A stretch of DNA of 63,622 nucleotides, filler included, from Pelomyxa schiedti (GCA_020536535.1; 14 parts of 14 records of this genome joined end to end with filler, not necessarily neighbours in it), one strand, 5' to 3'. Shown: positions 36,254-48,719, counted from the whole stretch's first letter. Program-made: numbers and translations. Notes: generated by a model not told the origin, from the sequence alone.

Positions 36254-36626
36254 NNNNNNNNNNNNNNNNNNNNNNNNNNNNNNNNNNNNNNNNNNNNTTA
36301 ATTAATTAANNNNNNNNNNNNNNNNNNNNNNNNNNNNNNNNNNNNNNNNNNNNAGCTGTGTGGCAGACTGCAATCCTAGGCTTGGTTTTGACTGTCCTGT
36401 CACCAGTAACTTCACTGCCACATCACAAACCACTGACAACTTGTTGGGAGTGGCCCAGTTGCAACTGCAGAATCAGCTTATCATCTCTGCTCTGTGTGGA
36501 AGTTACAGCTGGGTCTTAGTGGTTTCTTCACACAGCTTCCCAGTGATGTTTCCAATCAGAGTCTTCTCCATCACAGCTATTCTTTCATCTATCTGGTGGT
36601 TCACCAGCTGCAAGTAGACTCAGTTT

Positions 36627-36782
36627 CTCCTTGTGTTCTTGTTGTTTTGTTCCCACTCAGTGGCTCTGCCAGCTCTTCTTGTTGTGTTGTGCTTGGATTG
36701 CAAATAACCATGACAAGCACAACACAACAAGAAAAGCTGGCAGAACCACTGAGTGAGAACAAAACAATAAGCACAAAGGAGG
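36627..36782. repeat. Long hairpin, ~69-bp arms, 18-nt loop
   Basis: 36627-36695 is the reverse complement of 36714-36782 except four transitions and small indels at the base. Confidence 0.9.
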
Positions 36783-36859
36783 AGCTGGCAGATTGGTTAT
36801 TTGCCAATGGCATTGGTGGTGGTGTTCTTTGCTGAAGTTCTTCAGCTGTGTCACCAGAC

Positions 36860-37050
36860 AATTCTGGCTTCAAGCTTGTCATCCACACAGGTACATAACC
36901 TCATACTCCCATCCTTCTTCTATGAGATGGACAATGGTGCCACCCACTCACTCTTCCTTGGTGCTATCACATCAATTCTTAGCATCTCATGACCTCTTCC
37001 TTTGGTGTGAACTTCTTCTCACTGTCTCCTGTGTGATTCAGTGAATCCAC
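36860..37050 (-). mobile_element. Ty3/gypsy reverse transcriptase relic
   Basis: HTGDSEKKF.. then EMLRIDVIAPRKSEWVAPLSIS*KKDGSMRLCTCVD, matching the gypsy EMLxxGVIxPSxSPWxSPxxxVxKKDGSxRxCVD motif, with an in-frame stop. Confidence 0.7.
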
Positions 37051-38207
37051 AGGCAAACTCTTCGATGCAAACCGCTGAAGCAACGCAGGACTGAGAGACT
37101 CAGGTGCTGAGTCAGCAGCGCGGACTTAACGAATTTGGAAATCAACTTCACGGAAATCTCCATGATCATTCGACTCGATTTCAAGGCCTTTATAAGCTTG
37201 ACGCTCCAAGCTCAGAATCACATCGAAAAACACACAAACACAAACAAATAAACAACAAACACAAGGCAAACAATAGAACCCTTTATTCCAATCGAATTCA
37301 TCTCTTTCTGTCTTCCGTTATTGAGTGAGTATCCCCACATTAGTTCAAGCACAACATACACAGAAGCATACACTCCTCACTCCCCTGGTTGTGTACTTGG
37401 AGGTACACAAGAAAAAAAGTGCACCAAACTTACAACACATATTGACATTCCAGATCACCATCCAAGCTGCCAGAAATACAGAAAATCATGCCAGCAATGA
37501 CTCCTCATACAGGTTGATGGAAAAAGACCTAAAGCAATTTAAAAAGTTGATAAGATAACGAATTAAAGTGCATAAATTGTTAAAATAATTTATTATTTAA
37601 CACCACTCCATGCATTCAGATCTTTTAAAATAACACAAGAAGGATACCTGGGAAAAATCACTTAAGCCACCAAATTCCCCTGTGCATCCCCTCAGTGCCA
37701 ACCAGGAACCCCTGGCAGCAGTTACTTTGAGGGGAGGGTAAATAGAGCACAATACCTGAAAGATCATGGCCACTTGACCACACCACAGAGACGGCAGGAG
37801 ATGGATGTGAGGCCAAAATAATGGTGTTGTGGTGTGTCATGGTGTGTCACGTTGCATTGCCCTGTGGTATTCCCTCCTCTCTTGCTTCACCTCTTTTTAA
37901 CTTTTTGCAGGTGGGGGAGAACTTTGCCATACACTCACCAAGGAAACCTGTTACATTTTGTTTGTATTTTTTTTTTTTTTTTTTTTGTGAGCAAAGCAGT
38001 TGCAGCCCAATCAAATGAATTTCACCTTCACCTGAAGTTTGCAGTGCATAATTGCCCAACAGGGTCCCTTTGATCCCTCCACTTTCCATCTATTAATTGA
38101 TGTCTGAAATAATTTAGGAGATATTTGTGAAGGAAAAACCCCATGTATGTAATGTGAAAATTGTGTTTCATCCCAATGTGGAAGTGGATTGTTTTTGTGG
38201 CAGTGGT

Positions 38208-40906
38208 TCAAGGTATCTCTGTTTTAGTTTTGATTGGTGCACGGCAGTGAGTGCACTTCCTCACAGTTGCTGCACACTGCACAGGTTTTTTTGTTTTGTG
38301 TGTGTGTGTTGTCAGAACCCACCAAAGAATCAAAGAAAGAAAGCCACAGACCTGAGAGCACAGCACCACGTGACCACAAGGCTGGAACTGCACGTTTGGT
38401 GGCCTCTCATCACACTCAATGCACATCATCACCACGTTACCTCCTCCTGTTGGGCTGCTGCTATTGACACTGCTAATCATCCCTGTTTGTTGTTGTTGTT
38501 GCTGGGGGGCGTGTTGTGTGTAACGACCTGCTGTTGGAACGACAGAGGCAGCGCACCCTGGCTGTGTCGGCATTGTTGTTGTTGTTGTTGAAATCATGCT
38601 GGCTGCTGAAGTGCTCTTGGAAACCATCACATCCACGACCGACTGAAGTGAACGAGGGAGCAAGTCAGAGAGCTGAGACCACACATCAGGGTGTGACATG
38701 AACTGCTCGTCACCCTCAAGACCACGCATGAGCATGTACTTGCGATTGTGTGCCTCGTTGAGCCCCTGGCACGTTGAAAGGAGATCCTCGATTTCCTTGT
38801 GGAGCCTCTGACCAAGTGCTGCCTGGGAGGTGCACTCCTTGTGTAACACTGTGTGTTGGTCAATGACCGCGTGGCACTTGTCAAAGTCGTTGGATCTCCC
38901 CCCTTGAGTCGACAACACTGTGTCAGTTGTGATCCCTCTCAACAGCAAACTGAAAGGGACACAGGTGGAGGAAGAGGAGGGTGGAGGAGGTTCCAGAGAT
39001 CTCAGAAGCAACCACGGTTTGAGAGCCATCAAGTTGCTGATGTCTGTAGGGGTGTATAAGCTGAAGACTGGGTAAATATGTGGCTGGAATTTACCTTTGG
39101 TTGGAACTGCTTGTGTTCCTCGTTCTTTTTCTTCAGTGTTCCCTGACGATGATGACAATGTCTTGATTTCCAGAAGCTTCTTCATCAATGACGAGAGGGT
39201 CCTGGAGCACTGCTGTATCTCTGACTTGCTGCTCTCCACTGTAAGTGCTTGTCCAAGAACTTGTTTGCACCTTGTGTCTGACTCATCAACTGCTTTTTCA
39301 AGTTCCTTCCTCAGAGTTGACAGGTCCTTCAAGTGAACCTCAAGTGAAAGGTTCCTTTCTGTGGCACTTTCAAGAAACTGCTTCAGCACTGAAACTGAAT
39401 GCTCAAGTGAGACCAACAGAGGTGCTGCTTTTTGCAACCGTGATCGTAACTTGGTTGCCACCTTGAATGCCGTGGACAACTCACAAAGTGCCTCTGACCG
39501 CATTTGCTGTTGCTGGTTTGTTTCATTCACAGCAAGCACTCCATCACCTTCCTCTTCATTTTGCTTGAGTGAAACGAGAGGTTAACTAAATAGTATATTT
39601 AAAAAGCATGCCTTTATCTTATTTTCTGCAATGTTCAGCAGGTTCTGCAATTGTGTCCTTTCAGTGTTCCATTGATTTCTTTCCATTTCCCTCTCTCTGT
39701 TGTGTTCCTCCTTCAGTTTCTGGGTTTTTCTTTTAGTTGCTGTTTATTGTGTGGGAGGAACAAAAATACTTTGATCCGTTGGCTCTCAACCAACAACTGT
39801 GGCAGCGACGATCCCAACACATGCAAAGCAACTCCATCAGCTCCATGGAATGTGTTTCCTTTCAGAATCCCCTTCCACTGGTTGCTTTCACCCCCGTCGC
39901 TGGAGGACAGTGACGGTGAGAGTGACATGACACCCTCACCACGGATTCTCCTCGTTTGCTTTGGTTCTGCAACATCTTCTGTGAATGTGCCAGTGAACGT
40001 GTCACCGTTTGGCCACTCCATTGTTCCCTTCACCGGGACACCCCTTTCCCACACACCAGTGAATGATGACCCATCCCTGGCCCACCTCTTCGTCCCGTTA
40101 CCGTGCTCCATGTGATCCACCCAGTTTCCCTGATACCTGTCGCCGTTTGACCACAACCTCACACCCTCCCCATGGAACCTCCCGTTCCTCACCTCACCCA
40201 CGTAGCTCCCTCCTGGGTCGTTGAGGGGGCTGTTCTCACCAATGAGCATCCTCCCTTTTCCATTGTCAGCACCGCGTCGAAACTCACCACACCAGATTGT
40301 GCCTGTCTCTGCACTCTTCCGCATTCCATGCCCGTGCGTCTGATCTTTGTCCCACTCACCCTCGTAGACAGTCACCATCGCCTCTGTGGTGGAGCCGGCC
40401 TGTGTCACCACCGCGTCACCACCACCACGAGGAGGTTGGGTCGTTTTGGCCTCGATGTACCTCCCATCATCACCCCTGGTCATCCTCTTCCTCCACACTC
40501 CCCATCCTTGCATGTTGTGAGATTGTGCCGAGGCACCCCATGCCCACTCGCCCTCATACACGTCCACGCCGTTGGGGTGGTGCCACGTCCCCCTGCACCA
40601 GGACCCGCCGCGCCACAGCCCCTTGTACCACGCACCGTCTGGCCGGCGCCACACACCCCACCCGTCTTGGGCGTCGTTCTTCCACTCGCCGTCGTAGGTA
40701 CAACCGTCTGGCCATGTGAGCACCCCCCGCCCGTTCCTCAGCCCGTCGCACCAGCCGCCGTCGTAGGTCTTCTGGACCTTGCCCGTGGCCATGTACGTGA
40801 ACTTGCCCCTGCCATCTGGCTTGTTGTTTACAATACGTCCAGTGTACACACCACCGGGTTGCACCGCGTTGCCAACAAATTCGACGATGCCCGGCTTTGT
40901 CGACAT
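38208..40906 (-). CDS. MORN-repeat, coiled-coil, C-terminal RING-HC protein (putative E3 ligase)
   Basis: MORN repeats (YDGGW..G.RNGRG, YEGEW, YQGNW..EHGNG) splice in frame via a GT-AG intron and a GC-AG intron (39611-39564) into a coiled coil, ending CIECDERPPNVQFQPCGHVVLCSQ|CAATVRKCTHCRAPI. Confidence 0.82.
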
Positions 40907-41362
40907 CTACAAAAAAAAAGTTGGTTCTAAGAACAATCAAAGCTTGTTGTTATCGAAGACAAACCTTTGACCTTGATGACACTCATCAGTGACCCCTTTT
41001 GAACACAAAGCAGCAAACCAGTCTACCCTCGGTAAATCCCATGCCTGTGATTGCAGAGGTTGTCGTAATCATCTTGTTTGGAAGTACCAACACGAGAGGA
41101 GCTCAGTATCTCGACGCTGCAAGGAACACAGATCGGTCATGTTTGATCCAATGCATTTCAGTGATTTGTTTTGAAATGCATTCATAAGTATCCCACTTAA
41201 AAACATTTCTTGCATTTGAGGTTACATGAGGATGCAAGGGTTGTTTGAAGGTGAAACTGGGCTTGTTGGTGCGGCCGCTGTAGTGTGGCTGTGCGTAACA
41301 GCCACCAGTTGACACCCAGTTACTGTGTCCTCGATTGTGTGCCTGCAAATAATGAAAAGTGA

Positions 41363-41631
41363 TCACCAGGGTTGATATCCGGGATATTTCCTGAAGAGGG
41401 AGGGATCGGAGGGCACAGAGAAGGCACCAACATGGAATCCTGTTGAGCAATCATGCACCGCGAACTTGATCTCAGTGGCACTGCCGTGAGTCTCTGAACT
41501 GTGTGTTGTTGAGACAACCAGCTGTGACTGCACACCACCGAGGGAAGGAGCTGCCCAGGTGCAAGGTACACTGAGTGTGGGAGGAGTCGATGTGAGGCTT
41601 CCTCCATTGTGGAAAACCTCAAACTTGGGAG
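41363..41631 (-). CDS. C-terminal fragment of an orphan-superfamily gene (56-57 kb subfamily)
   Basis: PTLSVPCTWAAPS..EIKFAVHDCSTGFHVGAFSVPSDPSL matches PTICVPCTWAAPS..EITFAVHDGATGFHVGDFAVPFDSSL at 57.1-57.3 kb. Confidence 0.75.
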
Positions 41632-41731
41632 NNNNNNNNNNNNNNNNNNNNNNNNNNNNNNNNNNNNNNNNNNNNTTAATTAATTAANNNNNNNNNNNNN
41701 NNNNNNNNNNNNNNNNNNNNNNNNNNNNNNN

Positions 41732-41882
41732 TGCTCAAGCATCTCATCCCCTCCAAACTCTTAGCGGCGAATTAAGTGATTGAGCCCACCTCTTTTTCCA
41801 ATGCAATTGCAGCATCGATGTCACTCTCCTGCAACTGCCTTATTCTGTACTCGCTCCCATCACCGATGCACCACCCTTCCAT
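41732..41882 (-). CDS. Probable GNAT acetyltransferase, N-terminal fragment
   Basis: MEGWCIGDGSEYRIRQLQESDIDAAIALEKE resembles the GNAT beta1-alpha1; intron follows, then the gap. Confidence 0.45.
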
Positions 41883-42050
41883 CACAATTAACAAAAAGCT
41901 TCGACTCTCCGAAAACCGCCAAAGCGGTTGATGACGCGACAGGCGGCGCAAACTCCAGGGGCGATCGACAGTCGCTCCACATCGGTGCAGCAGGAGGGCA
42001 CCTGCCATTCGCAGGCAGAGGGACCGCCCCCCTCCTCGGCATCACTCCAT

Positions 42051-43247
42051 ATGGAGATGACGCCATGGACCCTGATGGACGACGGAAGCGGCCTCGTGGG
42101 CACCTCCGTGAGATTCCCGCGGCCTCGGCTGACTATTGGCCCACCATCGTCTTCCTCACTTGGGGCTCTGGGCGTGTTCCCTGATGCATCGGTGGTGGCG
42201 TTGTTGGCTGGGACACATGGGCGGTGCGGGGCAACAAGCGCCGTGAGGCTCCTGGGCCGCCACGGTACCGAGCTGGCCAGGATCGTGTGCGACGCAGTGG
42301 CCGTGGCTCTGACCGAGTGCACGTTTGTCGTCGAGTTCTGGGGTACGTCGTTTCAGCATCGTGGCGGGTGGGGCCGGCAGATGTGCTTCAGTGCTTCGCC
42401 ATTGTGCGGAATCACCAGTGGAATCACCAAACTCACTGGTTTGCATTTCGCACAACAGCGGACACCCCGGAATTGTGCCCAGAACTCCTTGTGGGATGTA
42501 TCTTTTAACGATCGCGACTGGGAAGAAGCGCCACCAGTGGAAATTTGGATTACATCAAAGCGGGCGAGAGAATGCAAGATTGTTCCACTTGATGATTCAC
42601 GATCCCTTGTTGCGCGGTTCATTGAATTTGACCCTGGGGATCCAGACCTGTTGTTATTGATTACTTCTAAGAAATCGGACCCAACGAGGGTGGTTTTCAT
42701 GATGATAGATGTGGCCAAAACGCTCTCAAGCGAAAGATTGGCCATTATGCATCAAACTGGTGATTTCATGTGGCCTTTCCATCGCGGCCTATTTCACATT
42801 GAATCCACCTTGGTTATGAGGAGTTCACAGCGCGGTCACCGCCTATTTGTTTCCCAAATCCAGTGGGATTCCACTTTCCAGGTCATTGAATCATTGGAAG
42901 ACAGACGCACAGTCAAAACAATTTCATTGACACAAGAGAGCATGTATGTTCTGTCCAGGTCCGGTCAGAGGCTGTTTGTATTTGAACATGAATCATCTGG
43001 CTGGTGTTATCAAATTCGGGACTGCACCGAGGCAAGTTCTAAGCAAGTGAAAAAGGTTCATGTCGGCGCTCTTTATTCTCGCCTTGGCCCTGTTGAATCA
43101 GGATTTCTGTTTCAGCCGTTCTCACCGAATCACATTGACGATCGCGTTGAAGTCCTGGAATTACTATCTGGAGTTCGTGTACTCTCTATTGATGTTGTTG
43201 GGGCAAAAATTACATCAGTCACAGCTGTCCGCATTCATGATCGGTAG
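42051..43247 (+). CDS. Orphan-superfamily protein, intronless
   Basis: VVALLAGTHGRCGATSAVRLL near the N-terminus; ends VEVLELLSGVRVLSIDV. The ORF is open from 41928; first ATG at 42051 is used. Confidence 0.78.
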   Translation: MEMTPWTLMDDGSGLVGTSVRFPRPRLTIGPPSSSSLGALGVFPDASVVALLAGTHGRCGATSAVRLLGRHGTELARIVCDAVAVALTECTFVVEFWGTSFQHRGGWGRQMCFSASPLCGITSGITKLTGLHFAQQRTPRNCAQNSLWDVSFNDRDWEEAPPVEIWITSKRARECKIVPLDDSRSLVARFIEFDPGDPDLLLLITSKKSDPTRVVFMMIDVAKTLSSERLAIMHQTGDFMWPFHRGLFHIESTLVMRSSQRGHRLFVSQIQWDSTFQVIESLEDRRTVKTISLTQESMYVLSRSGQRLFVFEHESSGWCYQIRDCTEASSKQVKKVHVGALYSRLGPVESGFLFQPFSPNHIDDRVEVLELLSGVRVLSIDVVGAKITSVTAVRIHDR

Positions 43248-43361
43248 AGAAAAAGATAAAAGCTAGAAAAAAAATAAATTCTACAAAAAGATGCTCTTTC
43301 TTTTTTATTGTTTAGTTGTTGTTGTTGAAACAAAGCAGAGCTTTGAAGTATGGGAGGAAAC

Positions 43362-45098
43362 CTAGAGTTTGGATAGAAAATTAACAGCAGTTGACTCGCT
43401 TGCCCTGCGAATGGCCCAAGTGAGCTCATAGCTCTTTTTGGCATCAGAGTAAGGTGACAAGATACGATCTGAGTTGCCGGACGCCACGGCAGACAAGAAC
43501 GCCTCGTCCTCAGACATGTAGGGATCGTCACCTTTGAAACTGAGGACCTGAGTCTCCTCAACGCCTGGAGATCTGATCACGAGTTTGCATTCGGTGTATG
43601 GGTCGATAAGATTCATGAGGAGGCCGTCGGCCCAGACTTCAAACTCGGATGAATAGCGTGTGTCGTTCAACAAGGACGAATGGGTAAGAGATCCAAGGGC
43701 GCCGCTGCGGAACCGCCAAATCTGGTTGATTCGATAAATTAATTAGATTTAGGGGAAGCGGCTCGCGGAAAATGTGAGGAATTGTTGTTGATACGTACTG
43801 CAACTGTGGCGCGAGGAATCCTTCTTGATTCGGGAATGCCTTCTTCAACCATTTTCTAATGACTTAAGTTAATAGGGATTCCCAGAATGTGTAGAGTTTG
43901 GTTTGTGGAAATAATAATACCCCAGTGAGAGGATCTGTGGGCATCCTTGATAACATTCCAAGTGGCTCACTTGGGCTTATGCAGTATGCCTTGACTGTTT
44001 CCAAAGCAACATCCCCTCCAAAATACCTTGCAAGGTCACAAAAGTGAGTTGCTTGCTCCACAATTGGACCTGGTTTGATTCTTCAGTTATCTGGCTAGGA
44101 AAATTGGAAGCAACCTCCTGATCTGTCATTGTCCCACCAGAAAGGTTTGGCAATGGCAGTATACGCTGAGTTGTATCTGGCGGAGATGGTGCACACGGGC
44201 CTTCCATGTTGTTGTAACAGTTTCTTCATGTGTTGGACAGCCTTCAGGTACCGCATCATATACCCAACGACAACGACAACTCCTTGCCTAGCCAGCAAGG
44301 TTCCCACTTCTAAAAATGACCAGTAAGGGAAGTAACAGTTACACAGAAGTTACTTTCAACATCCTCTGGGGGTTCAACAGAAAGGGGCTTTTCAATGAAC
44401 ATGTGCACGCCAGCAGCACCACATCTTATCTGGTTTTTAACAAGTGTTGGAAGGGCATGCACAATGATGGTATGGGTTACCTCCACATTCTTCGGGAAAA
44501 CCAAGCCGCCGTGAGCAACAGGTGGTAGTCCAATGAAAACAACATCAGGCCTAGCCTGTACCAACACAAAGTGCAAGTAAGTAATCCCCGTCCCCAAACA
44601 CCAACCAACAGTCACCACAACCACCACAGCACGAAACACGATATTCTCTCCAAGCACGAACACAAACAACACACTCACGCACTTGAGCGAGCATTTCATC
44701 CACGGCGCCGTACACCGCGCACGAGTCCCATTTAGACGCGAATTCGCCCTCCGAACCACTCGGGCCTGTTTCGCACCTCCTCCTCCTGGCGTCCACGGCC
44801 CTGCGTGCACGCCCCACGTCGGGGTCAGCCACCCCCACCACTACCACGCCGCGCACGCGCTCCACTCGGCTGGCGTGGTCCCACGGCCCCTCATTGGTTC
44901 CTGTGTGGGTGGTGTGGGTGCGGTTGTGGTTTTGTGTTGTTGTAGTAGACACGACGCGCGGGTGTGGGTAGGAATGAATGGAATTTTAGGTACTGTGGAA
45001 ACAAAACGCGAGCGTTCGGGTTGGATTGTGGAGAGGCACTAACCGAAATTAACACCACCGGCACCAATAAATCCAACACGGAGAAGCGCCTTACTCAT
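43362..45098 (-). CDS. Gfo/Idh/MocA-family NAD(P)-dependent oxidoreductase (multi-exon)
   Basis: MSKALLRVGFIGAGGVNFG|TNEGPWDHASR; PDVVFIGLPP; HMFIEKPLS; VGYMMRY; GPIVEQATHFCDLARYFGG; YSDAKKSYELTWAIRRAS. Confidence 0.9.
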
Positions 45099-45161
45099 GT
45101 TGGATTCGATTTGTTTGTTGAATTACTTTGAGTGAGGGGGAGGAGGAGAAGTACTGGTGCA

Positions 45162-46670
45162 TTAGAATTTATTGATTACGTAGAATAACATGTGGGTTCT
45201 CAGCACCAGGAAGAGCTGCACCCAGTGCAATGCTTTCTTTCTCAGCCTCAGAAAATCTTCCTGACTTTATGTGAGACAAGGGAGTGTTTTGGTGAGTTAA
45301 AGTGTGATGGCATACTGTACACGGAAAAGGTCAGCACTTTGTGGCTCTAAAGGGGCATTGGTACTCATCTTCATGAGTGCCACTCCCGAAATTATCGTTA
45401 ACTTGCGAGAACTGACGGACTGGTACAAAATGTGGATGGTCAACTAAACAGGGGAGATGAGAAATGCATTACCAAGGGGTTTATTATACGAACTGCGGGG
45501 ATAATAGTAAGTCTGTAAGTCATGAACGTTGCCTGGCGCCGTGAAGGCCTTGATAGTATGCGTGTCAAATATAATTCCTTTCTGATGTTTTGTGTACTTT
45601 CTGTGTATATCCATCCTCCTGCAAGAAATTTGTTAGGCAACCCAATATCAACTCCTCTTGAGTGCACACATCTGATATGAACGCAAATGGCTCATACATA
45701 TACAAGTGGGTGGAATCTGCTGGTAGAACACAGGAGCAACGAGATGTGTTCAAAGTATGTGCAACCTCAAGGAGTTTTTCTGGTTCTTTTCCACATCGTG
45801 AAAGCTTCACGGCTTCATTTGTTGGGAATTTTGTCTGTTCTATTCTGCCATAAAACAGCAGCTGCAGTTTCTTAAGCAACTTTAAGGTATCCACTTCCAG
45901 ACAGTTCAAAGAGGAAGTCAATGTTAATTCAGAAGTAAGTCGCAGGTGTACCAGTTTCTGGCCTCAACCCAGGAGTACAGAGGGATTGTAGCAAGGTCAG
46001 GTGTTGTGATGGTGCTGCATAATGACATGGCACTGCAGTGTTTTATGTGAATGTTATAGAAGGGAGGAAAAATAGAGGCATACAAAGACGGGAAGGCATG
46101 GAACAGGAAAATTGGTGCATACAACAGCATTTTGTCCAACACAATCCCATACTCGTTCCCAAACATTGATGGTAAGTTACAGTACAAAACAGAATGAACC
46201 AAGGGCAAAACTGCACTCATTACTTGAGATTACACCCAGAGATGACCAGTGCCACCTGCTCTGCCATCTCTTCGAGTTTCCTAAGTGTATATACATCCAC
46301 CACAGTTGGTGCGGGGAATATGGGGCAAAGGCAAACCTGAACGCATCTATGAACGCACCCTTTTCTGCTTATGTTATTGGCGCTTGCACTTTCGATATGT
46401 GCAGCAGAACATGGGCATGATCAGCATCAACTAACTTCAATAACTGTTCCGCAGAGAGCTCTTGTTTCCAAGGAATAAGTGGGAAGAGAGCTGATGTAAA
46501 CAAAGCAAAAACAACGGTTCAGGAGTGTTCGCACATTGTACATAAAACACCTCCAGAACGAAATAACGGCTTGTGGTTTCTCCACCATACACCGATCTAC
46601 ATCTCACTTGGCAAGGGACCTTTATCCATGCATCATCGGGTGCTGCTGATAACAATTCCAGCGGATCCAT
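45162..46670 (-). CDS. Multi-exon hypothetical protein
   Basis: Several exon-like blocks join in phase (MDPLELLSAAPDDAWIK; FR|KLEEMAEQVALV; DHPHFVP..CPFRAT|NQEDFLRLRKKALHW). No domain recognised. Confidence 0.45.
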
Positions 46671-47859
46671 TGCGGCACGTAGGCTGCTCGTATGTCGATG
46701 TCGTCGCGCATGTAGTTGTAGTAGCTGCTGTCCTTTTAGTATCATCCTTCATAAATTAGTGGGAAGGCCACATATGGTCCCTCTCTCAAGGACGCGTTGT
46801 TGTGCAACATCCCAGAGACCGGCACATCCAACCAGAGCCTGGTATATAACAGCGATGTTGACGGAGGGGTAGCTTGTGCACTCAAGACCCCGAGTGGCGA
46901 CAATCACAACGGCTGTTGTTGTTAGCACAGATTGTACAAGTCGAAGAAGAAAAAAACCGCGCGGCTTGAGCGTGTTAGCGTTGGCTTCATCTGTTTTCGC
47001 TTCTTCCGTCCCACCTCCCCCCTTGTCGGTCCCACGAGTTTTAAAATCCCCATTGTCCTGATGCGAGGGGCAAAGCACACCCAAATTGCGGATCCAATGT
47101 ATGGTTCACAAAGAGTGTTCCCATAATCAATCCCACCCCGAAAACTGTAAGGAGAAATGTACAGTGATAATACCCGAAAATTGGGAACACCCCCAAAATA
47201 TAAGTTTCAATACACATTACATTGTGATTATGTAAGACCTATTTTGGCTTTAAAAACAATGACTTAATGACACTTGACCTATATTTGGCCAGAAAAACAT
47301 AAATCCAAAGGCAGAATTTTTGCTGTCCCCAACACCAAAACCAGTGAGTTTGGTTGTGATTGGAAATCCATAGGATGCTTTGATTTGTTGGGCAGGAATT
47401 GAGAAGGGAAGGGGAAGAAACANNNNNNNNNNNNNNNNNNNNNNNNNNNNNNNNNNNNNNNNNNNNTTAATTAATTAANNNNNNNNNNNNNNNNNNNNNN
47501 NNNNNNNNNNNNNNNNNNNNNNTGCCCTGAATGCCGTGCAATCATCAAGGACAAAATTAATTTGTTGTGAAGTGAATGTGAAGCCAACCCATAAAAACTG
47601 TTCTTCTTCAAAACGGAATCCTCTCAACTCAAAACAGGTCCAGAAGTCACACCTGAACTGGTCGTCGCTGCCTTTCCGGTATTGATTACATGTGGAGGCG
47701 GGAGCCAGTGGAGTGGTGTGTGGGTGCGCAGCAGGAGCAAGTGAGAGAGCGAGAGTAAGGGGTGTCAGTGCCAAGGTGAAGTGGGTGGAAAGCCTGACAT
47801 TGCACTCTGTTCGTCACCTGCCAAACATAACTTCCTTCATTGAGCAAAGATCGAAAGAC

Positions 47860-47990
47860 GTCTTTAAAGAACCCCAAAATACATCAAGAAGCAAGCCAAG
47901 TCAGATGGTCTCAGGCTGCAGTCGGCACCAAATGAGAGGAAACAAGTGTAATCCTGGTGGTCCCGTCCTGTTTGGAGCTAACCGACTTCT
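47860..47990. repeat. Segment with an inverted diverged copy at ~51020-51190
   Basis: CCAAGTCAGAT..GCTGCAGT(C/A)GGCACCAA(A/C)TGAGAGGA(A/G)ACAAGTG..TAATCCTG..GGTCCC..TTGGAGCTAA is shared in opposite orientation. Confidence 0.75.
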
Positions 47991-48615
47991 TCGTCAAGCA
48001 AGTTTTACCTGAAGAGCGATACATACGTCAAACCGAAGATGCAAGACCGCAGTGGTGCCCATGATGGTGGCGTGCCACAGCGGCAACAACGTGGCCACGA
48101 TGATGTGGACTACTTCACTGCACTTTCCACGGATTGCCTTCGCACTTGGGCCGACGATTGCGACACCAATCGAGAGCGTACCACCTGTCATTGAAACTCA
48201 TCCTCGCTCCAAGGTGTGTGCCTGCCCATCATCATGTAATGGACCACGGCAGCACAAACAACAACAACAACAACGATCAACAACAACAAAGGGAAGTGTA
48301 TCTCCAGCACGTGAAACCGAGTGGTTGTTCCTTGGCAGCGTCGCAACGACAGCAACCAACACAACCACCAACACAACCACCAGCACAACCAGCGCCGGTG
48401 TCAGCAGCACTTGGGCACATGGTGTGGTATTGCCTGGTGCTGACGGATCCAAGGCTGCTGGAGCCCCTGTGGCCACTTGAGGTGTCTGTGGCTGACAAGT
48501 TCTGTGTCGCCGCGAAGCATCACCCGCTGCCGATACATCAATGGATGGTCGATTTCCTGCAATCTTTGGTTTCCCTGAAGCCTGACTGCTTCATCATTCA
48601 CAGGTTTGGGTTTTC

Positions 48616-48690
48616 CTTTTCTTTTCTTTTCTTTTCTTTTCTTTTCTTTTCTTTTCTTTTCTTTTCTTTTCTTTTCTTTTCTTTTCTTTT
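48616..48690. repeat. (CTTTT)15 microsatellite in a probable intron
   Basis: 15 perfect units between a GT donor at ~48604 and a downstream CAG acceptor. Confidence 0.95.
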
Positions 48691-48719
48691 TACCCCCAGC
48701 TCCCCTCTCCAGACTAATA

